From Octopus sinensis (taxonomy: Eukaryota), in NCBI RefSeq assembly GCF_006345805.1, contig NC_043023.1:18476001-18540000 (forward strand): a stretch of 64,000 bases of DNA, in the 5' to 3' direction. Of the stretch, positions 12,101 through 26,400 are shown piece by piece. The position numbers were made by a program, and so were the translations under genes. The notes under the pieces are model-generated. The model ran no database searches. It was given only the letters and a program-made list of their open reading frames with translations, and was not told the origin of the DNA. Each line of letters starts with the position of its first letter. Position 1 is the stretch's first letter.

Positions 12101-12571
12101 AATGATACATTTATATATCAATATGTCAGTTGTAATCGAAGCTACCTGTTTCCGTGCTACATCAAAATTTACGAGATGACAGGAATAGAGAGAGAAAAAA
12201 CAAATTTAGTGACATACCTGATATGAAAGGCTGCGTTCAACTGATGATATATTTTATATTTACTGTGAAATGTGTGCCTTCGTTTCTCTTATCAAAATGA
12301 AGTTAAAATAACGTATTATATATTAAATATTAACCTGCGTCAACTAGGATTTTACTTTACTATCCAATCAAACCTACGAACCTTTATTGTGAATTGTATA
12401 TATTTTTAACTGCTTTCCTCAATCGATTTCCAACCAACCAGATACCTTTCGACGCAACAAACTTATTTTCTTCTATTCATATATGTGTGTGTGTATGTGC
12501 GTACGTATGGGTGTGTATGTAAGCATGTACGTATGCATGTGTATATGTATGTGTGTATCTCTATGTGTGTG

Positions 12572-12613
<42 letters not shown>

Positions 12614-12645
12614 AAAAGAAGTCTTCTTATATTGAAATTTATATA

Positions 12646-12683
<38 letters not shown>

Positions 12684-15590
12684 CATGTATGCAGGAAGTG
12701 TTCTTTTATTGTATTTACCTCGATAACAACGACTTGTTTTGTGTTAAATCAAGTGTGAAGCACATCGACGATTTCAAAGGCGGATTTACGTATATGTGAC
12801 ACACCTGTTCTGACTTTGAACATGGCATTTGTTTGAGACTCTCAGTTCACTAGGTCATAAAAACATATGCATATGTGCCCACATGCCCACGCGCATGTAC
12901 ACATGCACGTGAGCGCGCGTACACGCACACATACACACACACACACACGCATGCATACACACATATTTCACCTGTGTCATATGTTTCTTTACTGCCCACA
13001 AGGGGCTAAACACAGAAGGGACAAACAAGGACAGACAAACGGATTAAGTCGATTACATCGACCCCAGTGCGTAACTGGTGCTTAATTTATCGACCTCGGC
13101 GGAATTTGAACTCACAGCGTACCGACAGACGAAATAAGGCTACGCATTTCGCCCGGCGTGCTAACGTTTCTGCCAGCTCGCCGCCTTATCTGCCAGCTCG
13201 CCGCCTTTCTGCCAGCTCGCCGCCTTAAATAAGTACCAGTTACGCACTGGGGTCGATATAATCGACTTAATCTGTTTATCTGTCCTTGTTTGTCCTCTCT
13301 GTGTTTATCCCCTTTTGGGTAGTAAAGAAATAGGTATTTCGTCTGCCGCTACGTACTGAGTTCAAATTCCGCCGTGGTCAACTTTGCTTTTCATCCTTTC
13401 AGGGTCGATTAAATAAGTACCAGTTACGCACCTAGGTCGATGTAATCGACTTAATCCGTTTGTCTGTCCTTGTTTGTCCCCTCTGTGTTTAGCCCCTTGT
13501 GGGCAATAAAGAAATAGGTTTATTTCTTTATCTCTGGCCACAATTTTTCGATCATATGTTCCTTTCCACTTGAAAAGGAAGCTTTGGCTGGCGAAGAGAT
13601 GTCTGTCGGAGTGTACGTTCCAAAAGAGATGGAAGCATGTTGCACGAGTGTTGTGCGTGCAAGGAACCGTGTGAATAGACGGGGGGGGGGGAGAAGAAAA
13701 AGGTATCAGCGATAGATCGGGGCTTGTGGGGTCGGAGCGTGGTCTGATCATCGCTTCATTTGTATTGTCTTTGTATTGTTAATTCCATTCGATTTTTTAT
13801 ATATTATATTTAAATTTTTAAAGTCACATTATATGTAAAATCATATCGCTTCACTGATCCCATCAGTTGTTCAGTCCATTTCTATGTTTGGCCCCCGGTG
13901 GGTAGTAAAGAAATAGGTATTTCGTCTGTCTTTACGTTCTGTGTTCAAATTCCGCCGAGATCGACTTCGATTTTCATGCTTTCAGGGCCGATAAATTAAG
14001 TACCTATTTCTTTACTAACCACAGGGGGCTAAACACAGAGGGGACAAACGAGGACAGACAAACGGATTAGGTCGATCACATCGACCCCAGTGCGTAACTG
14101 GTACTTATTTAATCGACCCCGAAAGGATGAAAGGCAAAGTCGACCTCGGCGGAATTTGAACTCAGAACGTAGCAGCAGACGAAATACGGCTACGCATTTG
14201 GCCCGGCGTACTACGTTTCTGCCAGCTCGCCATCGATAAATTAAGTACCTGTTGCGTACTGGGGTCGGTCTAATCGAATGGGCCCCTCCCCCAAAATTTC
14301 GCGTTTTGCCCAGCAAAATAATCTGCGAGTTTTCATCACATAATAATTCTTTCTACAATAGGCACAAAGCCTGAAATTTTAAGGTAGAGGGCTTGTCAAT
14401 TACATCGACCCCTGTGTTTTACTGGTACTTGTCTAATCGACCCCGAAAGGACGAAAAGCAAAGGCAGACTCGGCCGAATTTGAACTCAGAACGTTGCGGC
14501 TGTTTTCGACACAATAATAAAAACAATAATAGGACGTCCAATAATAATGATGATACATGTGTGTGTGTGTATGCGTGTGTGTGTGTGTGAGTTTGTGTGT
14601 GTGCTTGTGTGTGTGTGTGCGTGTGTGTGTGCGTGCGTGTGTGTGTGTATGCGTGTGTGCGTGTGTGTGTGTGTGGATGGATACGTATTAATATATGTGT
14701 GTGAAAGTGTGTTCTTGTGTGTGTGTGTGTGTGTGTATGTGTGCTTGTGTGTATGTGGATGGATGGATGAATGGATGGATACCTATTGCTATGTGGGTGC
14801 GTGGGTGCTTGTGTGTGCTTGTGTGTCTGTGTGTGTGTGTGTGTGGATGGATGGATGGATGAATGGATGGATACGTATTAATATATATGTGTGTACCTGC
14901 GTGCTTGTGTGTGTGTGTTTGTTTGTGTGTGTGTGGATGGACGGATAGGTATTAATATATATGTGTGTTTGTGCGTGTGTGCTTTTGCGTGCGAGTGTGT
15001 GCTTGTGTGTTTGTGGATGGATGGATGAATGGATGGATATATATTAATATATGTGTGTTTACGTGTGTGTGTGTGTGTGTGTGTGTGCGTATGTGCATGT
15101 GTATTTGTGTGTGTGTGGATGGATTAATGGATGGATACGTATTAATACATATGTGTATACGTGTGTGCTTGTGTGTGTGTGTGTGTGTGCGTACGTGCGT
15201 GTGTATTTGTGTGTGTGTGTTTGGATGGATGAATGGATGGATACGTATTAATATATATGTGTATACGTGTGTGTGTGTGTGCGTGTGTGTAGTCCAAAGA
15301 TGAGATTTAGAGATATTTGGCGTAGAAAACACTAAATAGCGCTCAAAAGATTCAAGAGTCCAATGTCTTTCCAGGGGATCATTCACAAAAGAATAAAGAA
15401 TTACTGTAAGGAGGATCGAGTTGAGTGGATATAGAGTTAATTATGCGGATAAACAAATTAAACACATCAAATATATTAAATACACGAAATATAATAGTTT
15501 GAGTATGAAATACTCAATATGTATACATATATACGTGCAAAACGTAAGAATACAAAATGAGGAGACTTTCAGATCAGGGATTTTTTAGGG

Positions 15591-15669
<79 letters not shown>

Positions 15670-15689
15670 TGATGATGATGATGAAAATG

Positions 15690-15741
<52 letters not shown>

Positions 15742-15752
15742 TAATAATAATT

Positions 15753-16290
15753 ACCCTGCCCTGATGCAGTACCAGACAGTGGATTCTGATCTTAACTGAT
15801 TGGGAGTGTTATATCATGTACATTGTTTTGTCTTGGTATAAAAGATGGCTACAGCAAATATTCTGCTCAATACCACAGATTTGCTTGTCAGTTGTTTGAC
15901 CTTAACCAGTTGAGCAAGTTCCCTTGGTGGATGACGATATGTGCATCTCTGATCATGAGCAGAAGTAGTGGGGGAACATCATAGCTTTGTGTTGAAAGGG
16001 ATTCTTTGGAGTTTGGATAATTCACCTTTGGAAACATGGGTGTTTCGTTCAACATCCTTAAGCAACCCTTATTCATTGACCTTTTGAGCGGGATGGGTTA
16101 CTCGACTAGAAGTAAATTCTAACTGGGCCCCCACCTGCAAGGGCATGTGCTGTTTATCCTCACCATGTCGCGCACATATGGTTGTGATGCATGTGCCTAG
16201 TGTACCCTTATCAGACGGGTAGTCATGATGGGTATACTGGGCTTCGTATATTTTACCCCAGTGTCACTTTGATGGCATGCTCTCTCACAC
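15753..16290 (+). mobile_element. Unclassified non-coding interspersed element embedded in (TAA)n; further copies ~21106-21545, ~21629-21975 and a fragment at 16525-16600
   Basis: Three or more similar copies, mostly bounded by TAA repeats; no coding capacity. Confidence 0.65.
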
Positions 16291-16309
16291 AATAATAATA
16301 ATAATAATG

Positions 16310-16371
<62 letters not shown>

Positions 16372-16598
16372 TTCTACTATAGGCACAGGACCTGAATTTT
16401 TGGAAAAAAGGGGACAAGTCGATTACATCTACTCCCAGCGTTTCACTGGTACTTAATTTATCGACCCCGAAAGGATGAAAGGCAAAGCTGACCTCGGCGG
16501 AATAATAATAATAATAATAATAATAGGATTCTTTGGGGTTTGTTTAATCCACCTTTGGAAACATGGGTGTTTCGTTCAACATCCTTAAACAACCCTTA

Positions 16599-17403
16599 TT
16601 CATAATGGCAGCACAAGATCAAAGCTTGTTTACCAGAAATTACCAGGCTAACGTTCTCCGAAACGGTACTGACCCTAAATGCAGATTCTGCGACACATTT
16701 GACGAATAGATAGGCCATCTCGTTTCGGGATGTCCTGTGCTGACACCAAACGAATACAAAAATCGTCACGATAGGGTAGGACAGTATATACATTGGAAGA
16801 TATGTAAACACTACAAATCCGACACTCCTGCTAACTGGTATGAACACCATCCTCAGCCAGTTGTTGAAGGTAAAGATGTCACCATCCTCTGGGATTTTCC
16901 AGTCAACACTGACAGAACGATCAAGGCTAATCGACCAGACATAATTGTTAAAGACAGGGAAGAAAATACCTGCAGACTAATAGAAGTAAGCGTCCCCACT
17001 GATAAAAATGTATCTGTCAAGGAATTTGACAAACTTAGTAAATATAAGGACCTGGAAATCGAAATACAGAGGATGTGGAAACTTAAAACAAAAACTGTTC
17101 CTGTTATTGTAGGTGCCCTAGGTATGATAAAAAAGGGATGTCAGAAACAATTAGACAATATCCCTGGAAAACCATGTCTCAAGGAAATCCAAAAGATTGT
17201 GCTAACAAATACTGCACACATCCTTAGAAAAACCCTATCAATGTAAATGTTTGTGTTTGCATTACATGGAGATATATCTCTACTTCCCCTCCCCAAGCTT
17301 TCAGCTATATTTCAACAACTCTTAACCTTCACTTGCCCTAGGGCGCTGGGTGTGCCCCGGCAGGTGATCGCACCAAACATGCAGATTAAAAGTAAATGAC
17401 AAT
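16599..17403 (+). mobile_element. 5'-truncated R4/Dong-like non-LTR retrotransposon (CCHC knuckle plus restriction-like endonuclease), followed by (TAA)n
   Basis: Frame from 16605: MAAQDQSLFTRNYQ...KCRFCDTFDE*IGHLVSGC, then ORF 16737-17246 with ILWDFPVNTD, ANRPDIIV, LIEVSVP, KYKDL, VPVIVGALG. One stop at 16707. Confidence 0.88.
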
Positions 17404-17404
17404 G

Positions 17405-17461
<57 letters not shown>

Positions 17462-17636
17462 GTCATTTCTACAATAGGCACAAGACCTGAATTTTGGGGA
17501 AAAGGGGACTAGTCGATTACATCTGGTACTTAATTTATCGACCCCGAAAGGATGAAAGGCAAAGTCGACCTTGGCGGAATAATAATAATAATAATGATGA
17601 TGATGATGATGATAATAAAAATATTAATAATAATAA

Positions 17637-17667
<31 letters not shown>

Positions 17668-18138
17668 AATGATACATTTATATATCAATATGTCAGTTGT
17701 AATCGAAGCTACCTGTTTCCGTTGCTACATCAAAATTTACGAGATGACAGGAATAGAGAGAGAAAAACAAATTTAGTGACATACCTGATATGAAAGGCTG
17801 CGTTCAACTGATGATATATTTTATATTTACTGTGAAATGTGTGCCTTCGTTTCTCTTATCAAAATGAAGTTAAAATAACGTATTATATATTAAATATTAA
17901 CCTGCGTCAACTAGGATTTTACTTTACTATCCAATCAAACCTACGAACCTTTATTGTGAATTGTATATATTTTTAACTGCTTTCCTCAATCGATTTCCAA
18001 CCAACCAGATACCTTTCGACGCAACAAACTTATTTTCTTCTATTCATATATGTGTGTGTGTATGTGCGTACGTATGGGTGTGTATGTAAGCATGTACGTA
18101 TGCATGTGTATATGTATGTGTGTATCTCTATGTGTGTG

Positions 18139-18182
<44 letters not shown>

Positions 18183-18216
18183 AAAAGAAGTCTTCTTATA
18201 TTGAAATTTATATATC

Positions 18217-18248
<32 letters not shown>

Positions 18249-21200
18249 CATGTATGCAGGAAGTGTTCTTTTATTGTATTTACCTCGATAACAACGACTT
18301 GTTTTGTGTTAAATCAAGTGTGAAGCACATCGACGATTTCAAAGGCGGATTTACGTATATGTGACACACCTGTTCTGACTTTGAACATGGCATTTGTTTG
18401 AGACTCTCAGTTCACTAGGTCATAAAAACATATGCATATGTGCCCACATGCCCACGCGCATGTACACATGCACGTGAGCGCGCGTACACGCACACATACA
18501 CACACACACACACGCATGCATACACACATATTTCACCTGTGTCATATGTTTCTTTACTGCCCACAAGGGGCTAAACACAGAAGGGACAAACAAGGACAGA
18601 CAAACGGATTAAGTCGATTACATCGACCCCAGTGCGTAACTGGTGCTTAATTTATCGACCTCGGCGGAATTTGAACTCACAGCGTACCGACAGACGAAAT
18701 ACGGCTACGCATTTCGCCCGGCGTGCTAACGTTTCTGCCAGCTCGCCGCCTTATCTGCCAGCTCGCCGCCTTTCTGCCAGCTCGCCGCCTTAAATAAGTA
18801 CCAGTTACGCACAGGAGTCGATATAATCGACTTAATCTGTTTGTCTGTCCTTGTTTTTCCTCTCTGTGTTTATCCCCTTGTGGGTGGTAAAGAAATAGGT
18901 ATTTCGTCTGCCGCTAAGTACTGAGTTCAAATTCCGCCGAGGTCGACTTTGCTTTTCATCCTTTCAGGGTCGATAGATTAAGTATCAGTTACGCACTGGG
19001 TCGATATAACCGACTTAATCCGTTTGTCTGTCCTTGTTTGTCCCCTCTGTATTTATCCCATTGTGGGTAGTAAAGAAATAGGTATTTCGTCTGCCGCTAC
19101 GTTCTGAGTTCAAATTCCGCCGAGGTTGTCTTTGCCTTTCATCTTTTCGGGGTCGATTAAATAAGTACCAGTTACGCACTGGGGTCGATGAAATCGACTT
19201 AATCTGTTTGTCTGTCCTTGTTTGTCCCCTCTGTGTTTAGCCCCTTGTGGGTAATAATGAAATAGGTTTATTTCTTTATCTCTGGCAACAAATTTTCGAT
19301 CATATTTTCCTTTCCACTTGAAAAGGAAGCTTTGACTGGAGAAGAGATGTCTGTCGGAGTGTACGTTCCAAAAGAGATGGAAGCATGTTGCACGAGTGTT
19401 GTGCGTGCAAGGAACCGTGTGAATAGACGGGGGGGGGGAGAAAAAGGTATCAGCGGTAGATCGGGGCTTGTGGGGTCGGAGCGTGGTCTGATCATCGCTT
19501 CATTTGTATTGTCTTTGTATTGTTAATTCCATTCGATTTTTTATATATTATATTTAAATTTTTAAAGTCACATTATATGTAAAATCATATCGCTTCACTG
19601 ATCCCATCAGTTGTTCAGTCCATTTCTATGTTTGGCCCCCGGTGGGTAGTAAAGAAATAGGTATTTCGTCTGTCTTTACGTTCTGTGTTCAAATTCCGCC
19701 GAGATCGACTTCGATTTCCATGCTTTCAGGGCCTATAAATTAAGTACCTATCTTTTTACTAACCACAAGGGGCTAAACACAGAGGGGACAAACAAAGACA
19801 TACAAACGGATTAAGTCGGTTATATCGACCCCAGTGCGTAACTGGTACTTATTTAATCGACCCCGAAAGGATGAAAGGCAAAGTCGACCTCGGCGGAATT
19901 TGAACTCAGAACGTAGCAGCAGACGAAATACGGCTACGCATTTCGCCCGGCGTGCTACGTTTCTGCCAGCTCGCCGTCGATAAATTAAGTACCAGTTGCG
20001 TACTGGGGTCGGTAAAAAATCGAATGGGCCCGTCCTCGAAAATTTAGGGTTTTGCCCAGCAAAATAATCTGCGAGTTTTCATCACATAATAATAATTCTT
20101 TCTACAATAGGCACAAAGCCTGAAATTTTAGGGTAGGGGGTTTGTCAATTATATCGACCCCAGTGTTTTACTGGTACTTGTTTAATCGACCCCGAAAGAA
20201 CGAAAAGCAAAGTCAGACTCGGCCGAATTTGAACTCAGAACGTTGCGGCTGTTTTCGACACAATAATAAAAACAATAATAGGACGTCCAATAATAATGAT
20301 GATACATGTGTGTGTGTGTATGTATGCGTGTGTGTGTGAGTTTGTGTGTGTGTGTGCGTGTGTGCTTGTGTATGTGTGCGTGTGTGCGTGTGTGTGCGTG
20401 TGTGTGTATGCGTGTGCGTGTGTGTGGATGGATACGTATTAATATATGTGTGTGAACGTGTGTGCTTGTGTGTGTGTGTGTTTGTGTGTATGTGGATGGA
20501 TTGATGAATGGATGGATACGTATTAATATATATATGTGTACGTGCGTGCTTGTGTGTGTGTGTGTGTTTGTGTGTGTGTGGATGGACGGATACGTATTAA
20601 TATATATGTGGGTGCGTGTGTGCTTGTGTTTGTGCGTGTGTGCTTTTGCGTGTTAGTGTGTGCTTATGTGTGTATGTTTGTTTGTGTGTGCGTACGTGCG
20701 TAGGTGAGTGTGTGTGTATGGATGGATGGATGAATGGATGGATACGTATTAATATATATGTGTATACGTGTGTGTGTGTATGCGTGTGTGTAGTCCAGAG
20801 AAGTGATTTAGAGATATTTGGCGTAGAAAACACTAAATAGCGCTCAAAAGATTCAAGAGTCCAATGTCTTTCCAGGGGATCATTCACAAAAGAATAAAGA
20901 ATTACTGTAAGGAGGATCGAGTTGAGTGGATATAGAGTTAATTATGCGGATAAACAAATTAAACACATCAAATATATTAAATACACGAAATATAATAGTT
21001 TGAGTATGAAATACTCAATATGTATACATATATACGTGCAAAACGTAAGAATACAAAATGAGGAGACTTTCAGATCAGGGATTTTTTAGGTATAATAATA
21101 ATAATACTGCTCAATACCACAGATTTGCTTGTCAGTTGTTTGACCTTAACCAGTTGAGCATGTCCCTTAGTGGCTGACAATATGTGCATCTCTGATCACG

Positions 21201-21595
21201 AGCAGAAGTAGTGGGGGAGCATCATAGCCATGTGTTGAGAGGGATTCTTTGGGGTTTGAATGATTCACCTCTGTAAACATGGGTGGTTCTTTCAACATCC
21301 TTAAACAACCCTAATTCAGGGACTTTTGAGCGGGATGGGCTACTCATCCTGAAGAAAATTCGAACTGGGCCCCACCTGCAAGGTCATGTGCTGTTTATCT
21401 TGATATGAGATCACCATGTCGCGCACATATGGTTGAGATACATGTGCCTGGTGTATCTTTATCAGACGGGTAGTCATGATGGGTATATTGGGTTTCGTAT
21501 ATTTTACCCCAGTGTCACTTTGATGGCATGCACTGCACTCTCACTCAATAATAATAATAATAATATTAATTATAATAATAATAATAATGATGATG

Positions 21596-21627
<32 letters not shown>

Positions 21628-22206
21628 TACCCTGCCATGATGCAGTACCAGACAGTGGCTTCTGATCTTAACTGATTGGAAGTTTTATCATGTACATTGT
21701 TTTGTCTTGGTATAAAAGATGGGCTACAGCAAATATTCTGCTCAATACCACAGATTTGCTTGTCAGTTGTTTGACCTTAACCAGTTGAGCAAGTTCCCTT
21801 GGTGGATGACGATATGTGCATCTCTCATCACGAACAGAAGTAGTGGGGGAACATCATAGCTTTGTGTTGAAAGGGATTCTTTGGAGTTTGGATAATTCAC
21901 CTTTGGAAACATGGGTGTTTCGTTCAACATCCTTAAGCAACCCTTATTCATTGACCTTTTGAGCGGGATGGGTTACATGCCCACGCGCATGTACACATGC
22001 ACGTGAGCGCGCGTACACGCACACACACACACACACACACACGCATGCATACACACATATTTCACCTGTGTCATATGTTTCTTTACTGCCCACAAGGGGC
22101 TAAACACAGAAGGGACAAACAAGGGCAGACAAACGGATTAAGTCGATTACATCGACCCAATTTCGTAAGTGGTACTTGATTTATCGACCCCGAAAATGTG
22201 AAAGGC

Positions 22207-23245
22207 AAAGTCGACCTCGGCGGAATTTGAACTCAGAACGTAATGGCAGACGAAATACGGCCACGCATTTCGCCCGGTGTGCTAACGGTTCTGTCAGCTC
22301 GCCGCCCTGCAAAGTCGACCTCGGCGGAATTTGAACTCAGAACATAACGGCAGACAAAATATGGCCACGCATTTCGCCCGGTGTGCTAACGGTTCTGCCA
22401 TCTCGCCGCTCTGCAAAGTCGACCTCAGCAGAATTTGAACCCAGAACGTAACGGCAGACGAAATACGGCTACGAATTTCGCCCAGCGTGCTAACGGTTCT
22501 GCCAGCTCGCCGCCCTGCAGAATCGACCTCGGCGGAATTTGAACTCAGAACGTAACGGCAGACGAAATACGGCCACGCATTTCACCCGGTGTGCTAACGG
22601 TTCTGCCAGCTCTCCGCCCTGCAGAATCGACCTCGGCGGAATTTGAAGTCAGAACGTAACGGCAGACGAAATACGGCCACGCATTTCACCCGGTGTGCTA
22701 ACGGTTCTGCCAGCTCTCCGCCCTGCAGAATCGACCTCGGCGGAATTTGAACTCAGAACGTAACGGCAGACGAAATACGGCCACGCATTTCGCCCAGCGT
22801 GCTAACGGTTCTGCCAGCTCGCCGCCCTGCAAAGTCGACCTCGGCGGAATTTGAACCCAGAACGTAACGGCAGACGAAATACGGCTACGCATTTCGCCCG
22901 GTGTGCTAACGGTTCTGCCAGCTCGCCGCCCTGCAAAGTCGACCTCGGCGGAATTTGAACCCAGAACGTAACGGCAGACGAAATACGGCTACGCATTTCG
23001 CCCGGTGTGCTAACGGTTCTGCCAGCTCGCCGCCCTGCAGAATCGACCTCGGCGGAATTTGAACCCAGAACGTAACGGCAGACGAAATACGGCTACGCAT
23101 TTCGCCCGGTGTGCTAACGGTTCTGCCAGCTCGCCGCCCTGCAAAGTCGACCTCGGCGGAATTTGAACTCAGAACATAACGCCAGACAAAATACGGCTAC
23201 GCACTTCGCCCGGCGTGCTAACGTTTCTGCCAGCTCGCCGCCTTA
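22207..23245 (-). repeat. Ten tandem 104-bp copies of the SINE tRNA-like head (A-box and B-box in each)
   Basis: TCGACCTC motif at 22211, 22315, 22419, 22523, 22627, 22731, 22835, 22939, 23043, 23147; period exactly 104. Confidence 0.95.
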
Positions 23246-23383
23246 TTTCTCCTGTGTCATTGTGATTCGGTGAATGTTTTGACACGAACTCAGTATACAG
23301 GGGAGAAAAGTAGAAATAATGTGTCCCCTTTATTGGATAGAAAATATACAGCCTTCTACTTGTGATGAAAGGTATCTATTAAG

Positions 23384-23900
23384 GGCTGCGAGCTGGCAGA
23401 AACGTTAACATGCCGAGCGAAATGCTGAGCGGTATTTCGTCTGCAGCTACGTTCTGAGTTCAAATTCCCCCGAGGTCAACTTTGCCTTTCATCCTTTCGG
23501 GATCGATAAATTAAGTACCAGTTACGCACTGGGGTCGATGTAATCGACTTAATCCCTTTGTCTGTCCTTGTTTGTTCCCTCTATGTTTAGCCCCTTGTGG
23601 GTAGTAAAGAAAAAGGTACTTCGTCTGCGGCTACGTTCAGAGTTCAAATTCCCCCGAGGTCGACTTTGCCGTTCAACCTTTCGGGATCGATAAATTAATT
23701 ACCAGTTACGCACTGGGGTCGATATAATCGACTTAATCCGTTTGTCTGTCCTTTTTTGTTCCCTCTGTGTTTAGCCCCTTGTGGGTAGTAAAGAAATAGG
23801 TATTTCATCTGTCGTTACGTTCTGTGTTCAAATCCCGCCGAGGTCGGTTTTGCCTTTCATGCTTTCAGGGCTGATAAATTAAGTACCAGTTGCGTACTGG
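23384..23900 (+). mobile_element. tRNA-derived SINE with tandem body units
   Basis: Head GGCTGCGAGCTGGCAGAAACG followed by repeated B-box/central/tail units. Confidence 0.8.
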
Positions 23901-25479
23901 GGTCGGTCTTATCGAATGGGCCCCTTCCCCCTAATTTCGGGTTTTGCCCAGCAAAATAATCTGCGAGTTTTCATCACATAATAATAATTCTTTCTACAAT
24001 AGGCACAAAGCCTGAAATTTTAGGGTAGGGTGCTTGTCAATTACATCGACCCCAGTGTTTTACTGGTACTTGTCTAATCGACCCCAAAAGGACGAAAACC
24101 AAAGTCAGACTCGACCGAATTTGAACTCAGAACGTTGCGGCTGTTCTCGACACAATAATAAAAACAATAATAGGACGTCCAATAATAATGATGATACATG
24201 TGTGTGTGTGTGTATGCATGTGTGTGTGAGTTTGTGTGTGTGTGCGTGTGTGTGTGCGTGTGTGTGTGTGTGGATGGATATGTATTAATATATGTGTGTG
24301 AATGTATGTGTGTGTGTGTGTAGGTGTGTGTGTGGACGGATTATTGGCTGGATACATATTAATATATGTGTGTGTGTGTGCGTGTGTGCTTGTGTGTGCA
24401 TGTGTGTGTGTGCGTATGTGTGTGTATGTGTGTGTGTGTATGTTTGTGTGTGTGTGGATGGATGAATGGATGGACATATATTAAAATATGTGTGTGCGTG
24501 TGTGCGTGTGTGTATGTGTGTGTGGATGGATACGTATTAATATATGTGTGAGAACGTGTGTGCTTGCGTGTCTTTGTGTGTGTAAATATGTGTGTGTGTG
24601 TGTGTGTGTGTGTGGATGGACTGATACGTATTAATATATATATGTGTGCGTGTGTGTGTGTGTGCACGTGTGTGGATGAATGGATGAAATGGATATCTTT
24701 TAATATATATGTGTGTGCGTGTGTGCTTGTGTGTGTGTGTGTGAGGATGGATGGATATGTATTAATATATGTGTATGCGTTTCTGTTTGGGTGTATGTGT
24801 GTGTTTTTAGAGGACATGAATTAGGTATTTAACTTCAATAAGCTCACTGCAGTTTCTATTAGTTACAGTGCATGCAGAGATGAGTGCTTGGGAATAAGCT
24901 TATAGTTTCTTCGAAGCTTCTAAAACGAAGTGCTTGTTTGTTTTGGAAAGCATTTATATACGTGGAAAAGATTAGCATGGAAAGCGTAAAAATGCATAGG
25001 AAATGCTGGAGAATTTGAAGAATAGAAAAGACATCCAGAAATAATCAGATTTAGAGACAGAGAGAGTGTGAGTGTGTGTGGGGGGGGTGAGTGACTGAGT
25101 GAGTGGGGAGGGAGGGAGTGTCTGTGTGATTGTATATATATATATATACGTGTGTGTGTGTGTGTGTGTAGGTGCATAATGAAGCCACATATTAATGAGT
25201 GTTCATACATATTTATACAAAATACAAAAAGTATATATGTTAATATTTATTGTACGTATCACTGACTTTAAGAATCCAGACAAAAGAAAAAGGAAATGGA
25301 AAATGAGAGACTCTAAAATTTAAAAAGAAAAAAATAGAAAGTGAAGAGAAATACTATGAAACACTTATAAAGGAATACTGTGTTAAGGTCGCAAATCTAT
25401 CCACGTGTTTGTGGCCTTACAGTCTCTTGCATGACTGACAATCTGACTTATCATAATGCTAGAAGAAGGCATACACACA

Positions 25480-26400
25480 CACTGGTAATTCTTGTAATAC
25501 ACATTGTACAGTATCATAACGTCAGGGTATGGGAACTCAATCGGATAAAGAATACAGTGCAGGAAGAATTGGTCAAAAGAATAAACTACCAACGAAAACT
25601 AATAGACACATGAGACAAAATAATTCAACTGCTCATATCATTGCGAACTGTTCAAATCCTGTACAACACACTCGATTAAATAAGCCAAACAACACATATA
25701 GGAATCAGCCTATATTTCCTCATCCTAACACGATCCCTAAAGTAGTAGAGAACTGGTACCTTGCTAACCTCCACGAAAGAGACAGATATATTGGCTAACA
25801 TCTGCAACTCAGCATCCTCACCTTGCGCTCTAATAAGCTGCTCTCTAGAAAGAAGACCTGAAGGGCCACTACCCATTGAAGAGAAGTCATCAGCCTCTAA
25901 TTTATAAAACAAAATGATCCAAGTAATACCTGACAAATCACGAATGGAATCATTCGGCAAAGAAGACTTGGAAGAAATGTCTGTCGACATCGAACAAGTC
26001 ACAGCACATGGAGGAAAAAATACCAGGAAACTCATCCTCCAACTGTTCTGTATTACCTGAACTCCCTGGAGAAATAGTGACAATAGGATCAACACCAAAT
26101 TGGACCCCATAACATCACTTTCGATCAACACCCAGAAGAGTCAAGAACACCTACACTCACCTCACCAGAAATCATATCTGAAGTTAAATTCAGAAAATGG
26201 AGAGGAGCAGAAGAATTGACGCATTATACCCTGAAACAAAACATCTGAGTTCCCTGACGACTCATCAAAAAAAGACAAAATAGCCTTCGAAATCCGAGAC
26301 TGGAGAGCTCCAGTATCCCTCAAAATTGTTACGGGACGTGGGAGAGACGTATCTCTCATACGTGACACAGAACATGTTGAAACAAAGGGCAAAAGCTCAC
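25480..26400 (-). mobile_element. Degenerate Gypsy LTR-retrotransposon pol fragment (protease then integrase N-terminal region, Gmr1-like)
   Basis: ORF 26162-26392 PVTILRDTGALQS; ORF 25676-26131 EQLIRAQGEDAEL...YYFRDRVRMRKYR; decayed His/Cys motif downstream. Confidence 0.75.

Larger units (their letters stand above)
9100..24800. repeat. Tandem segmental repeat, four copies (A-D) of a ~3.9-5.7 kb unit
   Basis: Homologous ORF-track starts at 10539, 14393, 20142, 24034 (offsets 3854, 5749, 3892); 11928 vs 17494; 12867 vs 18432. A and B are near-identical; C and D are progressively diverged. Confidence 0.9.

Noticed and set aside
22207-23245. Regular array resembling CRISPR or a tRNA gene cluster
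   Set aside because: No unique spacers; units are SINE heads continuing into SINE sequence, not complete tRNA cloverleafs.
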